DNA of 64,000 nt from Phycisphaerae bacterium (lineage in GTDB: Bacteria > Planctomycetota > Phycisphaerae > UBA1845), in assembly GCA_029260015.1 (NCBI GenBank), contig JAJDEB010000023.1:45457-109456 (forward strand), written 5' to 3'. Of this stretch, positions 18,179-27,098 are shown piece after piece; within the stretch, counting starts at the first letter, position 1; every line of letters begins with the position of its first letter. The notes under the pieces were generated by a model, which was not told the DNA's origin, made no database searches, and saw only the letters and a list, made by a program, of their open reading frames with translations. The translations under genes and the position numbers were made by a program.

Positions 18179-18901
18179 CTAGGAGCGATTCGAGCAGCGG
18201 CGTACCACGGCGATTCCGAACAGGCTCAGCATACAAAGCGTCGACGGTTCGGGCGTGACCTGAAACTGATCGAAGGCAATGTCTTCATCTCCTGCGTCGA
18301 GGTGTATTTCGACCTGAATCACCAGGCTGCTTCCGGCCCCTGCGATTGGGGCAGTGAATTCCGTCAGCTCGTTGAGCAATTCAGTGCTATCACCGATCCC
18401 ATCGAAGTCCGAATCCAACAAGGCGATTTGGTTAAACGCGCCTTCGGCTTCGTTATTTTCGAACCACAGCACTGGAAAAAATGGGCTTCCGTCAATCGAC
18501 GCATTCACGTGGACGAAGTCTGTCGAATCCCAATCTTCAGCAGCCGGATTGGAGTCATCGGTTTCAGCAAAGAAACCACTGAATGACAGACCCACCTGGC
18601 CAGTGATATCGATCGGATCAAGCGTGACAGTTTGCACGGTGGGGCGGGTGTTGTTGTCATCAATATCTTGTGCCGCGAAAAAGAAACTATCGATGACGCC
18701 AGTCACTGCAGTATCTAGATCGAGGTCCGACCCGTCACTGCGCGTAAAGAAATCACCCAATCCATCATTGAACTGCCCATCACTGGTCGTGAACCCGATA
18801 TCGTCTTCAAAGTCCTCGACATGGATGGCCGCGAGCGTGACTTGAGCCATCCCCAGGACCATCGCGCTGGCAACCAGCGCTTGCAATTTACGATTGTACA
18901 T
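18179..18901 (-). CDS. Acidic secreted protein with PEP-CTERM sorting signal
   Basis: Signal peptide MYNRKLQALVASAMVLGMAQVTLAA. The C-terminus VTPEPSTLCMLSLFGIAVVRRCSNRS has a PEP motif, a TM helix and a basic tail. Confidence 0.8.
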   Translation of the reverse strand: MYNRKLQALVASAMVLGMAQVTLAAIHVEDFEDDIGFTTSDGQFNDGLGDFFTRSDGSDLDLDTAVTGVIDSFFFAAQDIDDNNTRPTVQTVTLDPIDITGQVGLSFSGFFAETDDSNPAAEDWDSTDFVHVNASIDGSPFFPVLWFENNEAEGAFNQIALLDSDFDGIGDSTELLNELTEFTAPIAGAGSSLVIQVEIHLDAGDEDIAFDQFQVTPEPSTLCMLSLFGIAVVRRCSNRS

Positions 18902-19289
18902 CCGTCCACCTCCAATTCGGTTGAGAGAGAAACTTCCATTCTAAATGAGACATGCGTCGCGGCGATAAACGATCGCAGAGGCAACGCGAGAGATATCCGT
19001 ATTCAACTATATGCCCGCTGTTCAACGCAGAGCCATCAACAAATGCCCATCAACAAATGCGGTGTTTAGCGGGTATCGAATTCGGTTCCGATAATGAAGC
19101 GTTTCGACATCAACCGGCCTCCAAAACAGGCCTACCGGTGCCCTCATCGCGATCAGGCACCGGGTTGATCCGGGCCTTCCGCCTCCCTACACTTAGAGGC
19201 TGGAAAGATGGGTAGAATCCACTGTATTAGTACGCAAGGTTTCGCCCAGGAACGGCTCATTTAAACGTGGATTTTCTGAGAAACTTGCT

Positions 19290-19862
19290 TTGGCCAACAT
19301 CCCGTATAAGCAATTCGCTGCGGAAAGACCGTTGACGCCGCCAAAAGATGGACAAATGGTGGACTATTTCCCATTGGTCTATGACGAGCTTCGTGCCTTG
19401 GCGGGGCATTATTTCCAGGGCGAACGACGGGACCACACCCTTCAACCCACCGCATTGGTTCACGAGGCATATTTACGGCTCGCCCGGGAAGATCGAAGCG
19501 AACCCAAGAACCGCCAACAGTTCTTTGCGATTGCGGCAACATTCATGCGGCGAATTCTGGTCAATCACGCCAAGAGTCATAGTCGAATCAAACGCGGTGG
19601 AAACCTTGCACGGGTGCCCTTGGATCAATTCCCTGAAACCTCTACTCCATTGCAACCGCCGGAGTTGTTGGCCCTTGATAGTGCAATCGGACGCCTCGCA
19701 AAAATTGACGCGCGGAAAGCCAGCATCGTCGAATTGCGATACTTCGCCGGGCTCACGATTAGCGAAGTCGCCGACATCCTTGAATCATCTCCCGCAACGG
19801 TCAAAAGAGATTGGCTGTTTGCCAAAACGTGGCTCTTGCGAGAGATCAAGGACTCCGAATAG
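19290..19862 (+). CDS. ECF-type RNA polymerase sigma factor (Ser/Thr-kinase-associated type)
   Basis: Region 2 has PLVYDELRALAGHYFQGERRDHTLQPTALVHEAYLRL. Region 4 HTH has IVELRYFAGLTISEVADILESSPATVKRDW. The ORF-track start is a TTG, and the ATG at 19356 is an alternative. Confidence 0.88.
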   Translation: MANIPYKQFAAERPLTPPKDGQMVDYFPLVYDELRALAGHYFQGERRDHTLQPTALVHEAYLRLAREDRSEPKNRQQFFAIAATFMRRILVNHAKSHSRIKRGGNLARVPLDQFPETSTPLQPPELLALDSAIGRLAKIDARKASIVELRYFAGLTISEVADILESSPATVKRDWLFAKTWLLREIKDSE

Positions 19863-19931
19863 CGGTTCGTATTTTGAAATACTGTTGCGTTTCTTAGTCA
19901 TCTTCCATGGACCATAGGCAACCCAACCGCC

Positions 19932-22826
19932 ATGAACGATCGATGGGACCAACTGCAGGAGTTGTTCCTCTCTGCGCTGGAGCTTGAGGGAGAAGCGCGG
20001 GATCAGTTCGTCACCACGGTTTGTGCAGATGACGAATCACTCCGAACCGAACTTCAATCTCTTGTTCAACATGCAGACGAAGCTGACCTCTTCATGGAGG
20101 AGCCGGCTGCGGGTGGTGCCATCGGACCCTACCAATTGGTCAAGGTGATCGCTTCCGGCGGGATGGGCACCGTCTATCAAGCCGAACAGAAGAACCCGCG
20201 CCGCTCTATCGCTTTGAAGGTCATTCGACGCGGTGGATACGATGACGAGCAACGAGTGCGTCTGTTCAAGCGGGAAGCCGAATCGCTGGCCCGCTTAAAG
20301 CACCCTGGGATCGCCGCGATTCATGAAGCCGGGTGCACACCCTCAGGTCAGCATTTTCTGGCTATGGAGCTGGTGCAAGGAAAATCCATCATCCAGTTTG
20401 TGGAAGACCGTGGTTTAACAGTTCGCCAAAAACTCGAACTGTTCGCACAGGTATGCGACGCCGTAGGATACGCCCATCAACGCGGGATCATTCATCGTGA
20501 CTTGAAACCGTCCAACATCTTGGTCGGTGAAGCACAATATACGAGCAACACTGGAAGTTCCCACCATCATGGCACCAACGTCAAGATTCTGGATTTCGGA
20601 ATCGCTCGCATCGTTGAGTCGGGAACGGATAACGACCACACGATTACCAGCGCTGGACAAATCATGGGCACCCTACGGTACATGAGTCCGGAACAGGCGC
20701 AGGGCAAGAACGACGAAATCGATACGCGAGCCGATATTTATTCGCTCGGTGTTATCCTCTATCAGATGTTGACGGGAACGCTTCCATACGACATCGACCC
20801 CGGTGCGCCGCATGAGGCTACCCGAAGAATCTGCGAGTCGGTCCCCGCAAAACCTTCGACGATTCGTCACGAGCTCCGAGGTGATCTGGAAACGATCATT
20901 CTCAAGTCGCTGGAAAAATCACCCGAGCATCGATACCAAAGCGTTGCCATGCTCTCCGAAGATGTTGAACGCTTCTGCACGAACCAACCGATACTGGCCC
21001 ACCCACCGAGCAGTCTGTACCAATTGCGCAAACTCGTAGCTCGGCACAAAGCTGTATTTGGTGTGACCACCGCATTGGCTGTCCTGGTTGTCGGGTTTGG
21101 TATTACCTCGACAATCATGGCCAACCGATTGTCTGTTCAGAAAAAAATCGCTGTCAACGCAGGTGCAAATGAAGCGGCTGCTCGCCGCGTTTCAGAGCAG
21201 ATCGCCGGATTCATGGACAACATGATCTCTTCAGCCAGCCCCGAAATCGCCCGTGGAAGGGAATTGACCGTGCGAGAAGCAGTAGACGTCTCTGCCGCTC
21301 GCGTGGCAGCAGAATTTGCCAATCAACCCAGGATCGCCTCTGCTCTTCACTCAACCATTGGGCGTACCTATCATAGCCTCGGACTGCACGAGAAGGCCGA
21401 ACTCCATTTGTCAAAGGCACTTGAGTTAGCGACAGACGTCCTCGGCGACCGAGATCCGGAATCGCTGCAAACATTGCGAAGTTTCGCCATGCTGCGGATC
21501 GATCAAGGCAAATACAACGAGGCGCAAGAATTGTGCGAACAAGCCCTGATTCTCTCGACACCGAGTTCAACGACCGACTCGTTTGAGTACGCGGCCAGCA
21601 TGACGGTTCTTGCCAGTCTTCTGCGTGCGCAGGGAAAACTCGATGAGGCCAGCGATACATTTTCCAAAGTTGTCGAATTGCGGAAGATGATCGGATCCGG
21701 AAAGGATCCAGAACTGGGTACAGCCCTAAACAACCTCGCATCAGTCGCCCACGCCCGCGCAAATTATGAAGAAGCAGAGTCGCTCTATCAAGGTGCGCTG
21801 AAAATCCAGTTCGAAAACTTCGGTGAGACACATCCAGAGTATGTTACGACGCTCAACAACCTCGGTCTGCTGCGGTGGGAACGGGGTGACTACGATGGTG
21901 CCGCCGCAATGCTCGACAAGGTGACACAGTTGCAACGGTCCCTCTTCGACGACCAGCACCCATTGGTGGCAGCGTCGCTAAACAACCTCGGCCTTCTTCG
22001 GAAAGCACAGCACCAATTCGACGATGCCCTGCGCTTGCTCAATGAAGCTCTCGATATTCAAACGGCCGCGCTTGCGCCCGATCATCCGGACTTGGCCCAA
22101 ACCATGAACAACCTCGGCGGGTTGTATTACGCGAAGGGGGAGTTCCAACGCGCCGAAGAGTTCCTGAGAGATGCCCTCAAAATACGCCGCACGGTCCTAC
22201 AGGCCAGTCATCCCGATGTAGCCCAGAACCTGAACGATCTGGCGGCTTCGCTCTATGCACAGGACCGACTTGACGAAGCGGACCCTCTTTATCAGGAATC
22301 TTTAAAAATCTACCTCGACATCGTCGGCCCCGATCATCCGAGGATTGGCGTCATGCACAACAACCTGGCATCGCTGAGCAAGAAGCGCATGCAACTTGAA
22401 GCCGCCCGCGAACACTATGAGGAGGCCCTCCGCATTTTCGGACTAAAGCTCCCGGAAAATCATCCTCACTTCGGCGGACCACTTGTTGGCTTGGGCACCG
22501 TGACGCGTGAACTGGGAGATTCAGCGACGGCGGAACCGCTATTGCGACAAGGTGCCCTTCTGCTGCGGAAGTCATTTCCGGAGCACCATCCGCGGATTCT
22601 GCAGTGCGATACGACTTTGGGGGCATGCCTCATTGACCTTAAAGAATTTGAAGATGCCGAGAAAGTGCTGATAGCCGCATATCAGGTTTCGTCGGAAGAC
22701 GCGCCAACTCAAGTGGAATCGCACCGCATTCTTCGGTCGGAAATCTCACGCCTTTATGCCGATTGGCACAAACCGGTTCTCGCCCGGAAATATGCCTCGA
22801 CGCCACAAACCGATGATCGCCAGTAG
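19932..22826 (+). CDS. Membrane Ser/Thr protein kinase with C-terminal TPR array
   Basis: Kinase motifs GGMGTVYQA, ALKV, HRDLKPSNIL, DFGIA and YMSPEQ. One TM segment (AVFGVTTALAVLVVGFGITSTIMA). Then many TPR units of the form NNLA..Y...G.Y.EAE.L...AL.I. It starts 69 nt downstream of the ECF sigma gene. Confidence 0.92.
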   Translation: MNDRWDQLQELFLSALELEGEARDQFVTTVCADDESLRTELQSLVQHADEADLFMEEPAAGGAIGPYQLVKVIASGGMGTVYQAEQKNPRRSIALKVIRRGGYDDEQRVRLFKREAESLARLKHPGIAAIHEAGCTPSGQHFLAMELVQGKSIIQFVEDRGLTVRQKLELFAQVCDAVGYAHQRGIIHRDLKPSNILVGEAQYTSNTGSSHHHGTNVKILDFGIARIVESGTDNDHTITSAGQIMGTLRYMSPEQAQGKNDEIDTRADIYSLGVILYQMLTGTLPYDIDPGAPHEATRRICESVPAKPSTIRHELRGDLETIILKSLEKSPEHRYQSVAMLSEDVERFCTNQPILAHPPSSLYQLRKLVARHKAVFGVTTALAVLVVGFGITSTIMANRLSVQKKIAVNAGANEAAARRVSEQIAGFMDNMISSASPEIARGRELTVREAVDVSAARVAAEFANQPRIASALHSTIGRTYHSLGLHEKAELHLSKALELATDVLGDRDPESLQTLRSFAMLRIDQGKYNEAQELCEQALILSTPSSTTDSFEYAASMTVLASLLRAQGKLDEASDTFSKVVELRKMIGSGKDPELGTALNNLASVAHARANYEEAESLYQGALKIQFENFGETHPEYVTTLNNLGLLRWERGDYDGAAAMLDKVTQLQRSLFDDQHPLVAASLNNLGLLRKAQHQFDDALRLLNEALDIQTAALAPDHPDLAQTMNNLGGLYYAKGEFQRAEEFLRDALKIRRTVLQASHPDVAQNLNDLAASLYAQDRLDEADPLYQESLKIYLDIVGPDHPRIGVMHNNLASLSKKRMQLEAAREHYEEALRIFGLKLPENHPHFGGPLVGLGTVTRELGDSATAEPLLRQGALLLRKSFPEHHPRILQCDTTLGACLIDLKEFEDAEKVLIAAYQVSSEDAPTQVESHRILRSEISRLYADWHKPVLARKYASTPQTDDRQ

Positions 22827-23084
22827 CTACGATCTCAATTCCAGACACACTCGCGCATTCGTCGCTCTTGTCTTGTTCGTTTTTCTTCCTGTGGACCCTT
22901 CCCTTACCCGCACTTCTTGAAAAGCAGTCATGCCCGCATCGGATAGGCTCATCACCCGGACATCGCCAAGCACTCGGATGAAATGACCAACGTGAATGCG
23001 GGTAGTGGCGCAGGAAGTGTGCAAACAACGAAGGACTCACGCCAATCGTTGACGCAAGTCCTTATTGTGTCTTGGTTTGGAATA

Positions 23085-23158
<74 letters not shown>

Positions 23159-23255
23159 TGCGAATGGAGAGTCTAGCAAATTGGTTATGTGGCGACAACT
23201 TGGGCTTGCCAATATGCCGTAATCTTCGGCATTGCGCTGATCGGCCCCTCTTGGT

Positions 23256-23735
23256 CTAATCATCATCAGGGGGTGGTGAGCGTCGGGAATCCTTGACTCG
23301 GCTTCTATGTCGCTTGTCGCCGATTCTCTTTCGCTTCGCGGCTCTTGGCATCTTCGTCGTTTTTCGCTTTACTGTCTCGATGAGGGCTTCACTGACGACT
23401 TCTTCAAACCTCGCTTCGAGCGTGCGGCGATTGGCTATTTGGGTGCGGTGTTTGGATGCGACCATCCGCAAAAGCCCGTCCTTGTTGATCCGGGTCTTCA
23501 GTCGAAGCCGCATCAAGTATTTTTGCCGATCCGTAAGTGACGGACTTGCCGACACATCAAACCAAAGCGTCGCGCGGCTACTGCGTTTGTTGACATTTTG
23601 GCCGCCGGGTCCGCTGCTTCGATCGAACGTGAACCACACTTCGTACGCCGGAATCAACGTCCGCGCTGCGACGCGAAACCCATCAACGTCCTGCGGCTCA
23701 TCGTCATGTGCGGGCGAATTCATGAAGGTGGTCAA
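23256..23735 (-). CDS. arfB: Alternative ribosome-rescue factor ArfB (peptidyl-tRNA hydrolase, RF-1 domain)
   Basis: GGQ motif in SSGPGGQNVNKRSS and a basic C-terminal tail (KRKTTKMPRAAKRKRIGDKRHRSRVKDSRR). 159 aa. It starts 14 nt after the upstream kinase stop. Confidence 0.88.
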   Translation of the reverse strand: MTTFMNSPAHDDEPQDVDGFRVAARTLIPAYEVWFTFDRSSGPGGQNVNKRSSRATLWFDVSASPSLTDRQKYLMRLRLKTRINKDGLLRMVASKHRTQIANRRTLEARFEEVVSEALIETVKRKTTKMPRAAKRKRIGDKRHRSRVKDSRRSPPPDDD

Positions 23736-23749
23736 CTGCCGAATGGGTG

Positions 23750-26170
23750 TTACCGATCGAATGGAGGTTCCATACGCAGACCGCGAAGTTCGTTCTTCTT
23801 TTCTTTTGAACCGCCGAGGAGTTTTTCCAAAATGCTTTTTACGGTTCCATCGCTCGACGGGGCGGGAACAGACGGGCGCCCCGACTCAGCATCCTTCTTG
23901 CTACGGTTTGACTCGGCTACGTTTGAATGATTATTGCCTTCCATGTCTTCAAGCTTTTCCGACAAAACCGCCAACTTACCCGTTAGTTCGATTCGCTGAG
24001 TGAAGTCCTCTGCTGCAACGATCGCACTTCCAAAGTCTATCTGCGCCAGTTCGTACTCGCCGAGTTTTTCGTAACAATCGCCGCGAAGTTCAAACGCGTC
24101 AGCCCGATTCGGCTCTTGCTCGATCACGCGGTTCAAATCGACGACTGCATGGCTGTACCGGCCAAGATCATAAAGTGCCTTTGCTCGCACCATCAGCGCC
24201 AACCCGTTGTCAGGTTCAATGATCAAAACCAAATTCATAGCGTTGAGCGCCGCTGGCCAGCGCTCCATTCCTCCAAGTGCCAATCCTCCCAACAAGTCCG
24301 CACGAACATCCTCGCGTAGGTATAGCGACGCTTTTTCGACATCGTCAATCGCCAGTTTGTGTCTATTTCTAAGAAGGCGAACCGCCGCCCGCGCCAACAA
24401 CCCTTCGGCAGAATCGGCGGCGATTTCGAGTACTGCGTCCACGTCTGAACGCATCGCCACAATCTCGTTTAATCGACACTTATGCCACGCACGAAGCAGG
24501 TGCGCCTGAATATGTTTCGGATCGAGGGTCAGGCATTCATCGAGTTTGGCCACCGCTGCTTTCGCGCTATCTTCCGCCAACGCGGCAACATACAACCCGT
24601 CTGCCGATTCCGGCGCGATCGTTCCCGGTTCAACGTCGGACAACCGCTGCGATTCAGTTTCGCGCATCCGAGCCACAAAAAGCGCACCAATTCGTTGACC
24701 ATCGGTCAGCGGCGCATCCGATTCCTTTTCGCCCGACGACATCAAACTCGCCAGCGGCCCTCTAAACATCGACGCCAACTGCTCGCCCCGCTGCATCGAT
24801 TCAGAAATCGGATCGGCGCTTTCCCCCTCGCGCAACTGCTGTTCCAACTGTTCGTTTTTCTTGGTGACCGATTCAACAATCTGTTCTTTTTCGGCAATCG
24901 TATTTTCAGCCGTTTTCTTGTCTGATTTCTGTTTAACGAGTGCAAACGTAAGCACGACAATCAAGATCGCAGCCACAATCGCCACGCTGGCAACACGGTA
25001 TCGCGAAATGGTTTTCCCGATCGACTCCAAAAAACTCACACGCTTGGCCTTGATCGCCCCGCGATTGATAAAGCGCTCGAGATCGTCGCGGAAGTCCCAC
25101 GCTGTTGCATAGCGTTTCGATGGATCGCGTGATAGCGCCTTCAAACAGATCGTTTCCAAATCGACCGGAATGCGCCGGTTGATACTGCGTGGCGACGATG
25201 GGTCTTCGGTAATGACGCGGCTTATGACTTGCTCGCGAGTCGTACCGGGAAACGGCGGGCGAAGCGTCAACCACTCATACAAGGTTGCTCCGAGCGAATA
25301 GATGTCACTGCGAACACCGACGTCACCACCCTTGCCCGTAATCTGTTCAGGCGACATGTACAAAGGCGAACCAACAAAGTCACCCGTCTGTGTCACGCCC
25401 GGCTGTTCAGCAATGCGTGCGAGTCCAAAGTCTGACAAGCACAATCGATCACCACTACCGAACAATAGATTGTGCGGTTTAATATCGCGATGGATCACAC
25501 CGTTTTGATGGGCGTAGCCCAACGCGTCGGCCACACTCTTCGTCTGGCGGGCGATGGAATCGAAGTAATCCGGCGTATGACTGGAAAACCCGTCTGCGCC
25601 AATCGAGCCGCCCAGCCCGGAACCTGCGCGCGGCGATCGGCCTTGAGCACCTCCGTCATCAACGACAATGTGCCCGGGCGCATCGAACGTTTCGTCAGGA
25701 TCTGGTCGTGCGAGCAACTCCGTCTCGGCTAAAATATCTGATGATCCGCCGGGCATTCTCGGATCGCTCGACGACGGACTCTTGTCGCGTGATCGGCTGG
25801 TACCCGGACCTTCGCCGCGCCGAAGGTGGCAAATTTCGTCATAAAGGCTCGTACCCGACACCAGTTCCATCGCGTAGTAATAGGTATTGTCCTGCTGCCC
25901 CTGATCATAAACGGGGACAATATTGGGATGATGCAGTTTGGCCGTCGCCTGGGCTTCACGGCGGAATCGGGTGACGGCTTGCTCGCTGAGACCCCGCCCA
26001 TAGGCCAAAATCTTCAATGCCACAATCCGATCGAGCGAAAGCTGCCGCGCACGATAGACCACGCCCATTCCACCACGGCCAATCTCATCGAGGATTTCGT
26101 AATCCCCGATGGTCATGCCGTTCATGGTTGAACGGTTGTCAGAATTCGGATTGTGCTCTTGTGCAGACAT
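23750..26170 (-). CDS. Membrane Ser/Thr protein kinase with TPR C-terminus and a long low-complexity kinase insert
   Basis: Kinase motifs GRGGMGVVYRA, ALKIL, HRDIKPHNLL, DFGLA and YMSPEQ. A Ser/Gly/Pro/Asp-rich insert of roughly 100 aa sits between the hinge and the catalytic loop. TM segment VASVAIVAAILIVVLTFALV. TPR-like C-terminal half. Confidence 0.9.
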   Translation of the reverse strand: MSAQEHNPNSDNRSTMNGMTIGDYEILDEIGRGGMGVVYRARQLSLDRIVALKILAYGRGLSEQAVTRFRREAQATAKLHHPNIVPVYDQGQQDNTYYYAMELVSGTSLYDEICHLRRGEGPGTSRSRDKSPSSSDPRMPGGSSDILAETELLARPDPDETFDAPGHIVVDDGGAQGRSPRAGSGLGGSIGADGFSSHTPDYFDSIARQTKSVADALGYAHQNGVIHRDIKPHNLLFGSGDRLCLSDFGLARIAEQPGVTQTGDFVGSPLYMSPEQITGKGGDVGVRSDIYSLGATLYEWLTLRPPFPGTTREQVISRVITEDPSSPRSINRRIPVDLETICLKALSRDPSKRYATAWDFRDDLERFINRGAIKAKRVSFLESIGKTISRYRVASVAIVAAILIVVLTFALVKQKSDKKTAENTIAEKEQIVESVTKKNEQLEQQLREGESADPISESMQRGEQLASMFRGPLASLMSSGEKESDAPLTDGQRIGALFVARMRETESQRLSDVEPGTIAPESADGLYVAALAEDSAKAAVAKLDECLTLDPKHIQAHLLRAWHKCRLNEIVAMRSDVDAVLEIAADSAEGLLARAAVRLLRNRHKLAIDDVEKASLYLREDVRADLLGGLALGGMERWPAALNAMNLVLIIEPDNGLALMVRAKALYDLGRYSHAVVDLNRVIEQEPNRADAFELRGDCYEKLGEYELAQIDFGSAIVAAEDFTQRIELTGKLAVLSEKLEDMEGNNHSNVAESNRSKKDAESGRPSVPAPSSDGTVKSILEKLLGGSKEKKNELRGLRMEPPFDR

Positions 26171-26406
26171 ATATTCCTAAACGTTTCGGTAAGTCGATTA
26201 TTCGGGCCCCCAGCCACCGCAGATTGCGACCCGTCCTGGCGTGGGCAAATTTCTACAATAGTACTCTGCAACCTTCAGATGCAGGGGTCAATGTGAAAAA
26301 TCGCCCGGTTTTATAATGACAACGTTTCCGGCTTGTTTGGGCTGATTCGGTTGTTCAAAGACCGTCTGAGTGCCTTCCAAATCCCTCGACCCGACCATGT
26401 GCTCTT

Positions 26407-27021
26407 CTATCTAATTCGGTCCGGATGATCCGATTGCGTGAGCATTGCCGGTGGAAATTCACCTGCGGCATAGCGCCGCCCCATCTCGACATAACTCTCC
26501 ACAATGCGCGCGATTTCTCTATGATCGTCTTCGTTCAAATCGCGCAAATACTTTGCAGGTACGCCACCGACCAACGTACCGGGTGCGACCTCCGCCCTTG
26601 GGCGAACCACCGCGCCAGCGGCCACCATTGCCCCATTGCCAACTTTCGCCTCATCGAGCACGATCGCTCCGATCCCGATCAGCGAATTCGCCCCGACGCG
26701 TCGACAATGCACCACCGCGCGATGACCAATGACCACCCGCTCTTCAATATCGAGCGGGACGCCATAGCGCGTATGCAATACGGTGCCATCCTGAACATTC
26801 GTATGCGGTCCGATCCGGATCGGGGCAATATCAGCGCGGATGCACACATGATGCATGATCGAGCAGCCGTCACCGATCTCCAGATCGCCACAAACGTATG
26901 CAGTCGGCGAAATGTACACGTCTTTGCCGATACGGGGTGTTTTGCATTTTTCTGACATTGGTATGATTGTACGGTCCGGGTCCGAATCGTCACGATCGCC
27001 ATCGCTCTTTTCTTCAAACAT
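26407..27021 (-). CDS. Gamma-carbonic-anhydrase-like / hexapeptide-repeat (LbH) protein
   Basis: Left-handed beta-helix hexapeptide periodicity (IGKDVYISPTAYVCGDLEIGDGCSIMHHVCIRAD..IRIGPHTNVQDGTVLH..VVIGHRAVVH). The alternative start at ATG 26958 would remove the acidic N-terminal 21 aa. Confidence 0.8.
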   Translation of the reverse strand: MFEEKSDGDRDDSDPDRTIIPMSEKCKTPRIGKDVYISPTAYVCGDLEIGDGCSIMHHVCIRADIAPIRIGPHTNVQDGTVLHTRYGVPLDIEERVVIGHRAVVHCRRVGANSLIGIGAIVLDEAKVGNGAMVAAGAVVRPRAEVAPGTLVGGVPAKYLRDLNEDDHREIARIVESYVEMGRRYAAGEFPPAMLTQSDHPDRIR

Positions 27022-27098
27022 CGAAATACCCGATGTTTAGAGGAATGGTCGAGAATCCAGAGTTTTGCCAAGTTATCAAAGTTTTGTAGGAGGTACGC

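Noticed and set aside
19245-19275. GGAAC...CGT motif upstream of the ECF sigma gene as an autoregulated ECF promoter
   Set aside because: The spacing between GGAAC and the CGT element is about 12 nt, shorter than the ~16-17 nt expected for ECF promoters. I do not consider it supported.
27022-27098. Possible fluoride (crcB-motif) riboswitch upstream of the ClC gene
   Set aside because: The 77-nt leader shows no resemblance to the conserved riboswitch core. The channel also has CBS domains and a GxEGP-type filter typical of chloride ClCs rather than fluoride-specific ClC-F.
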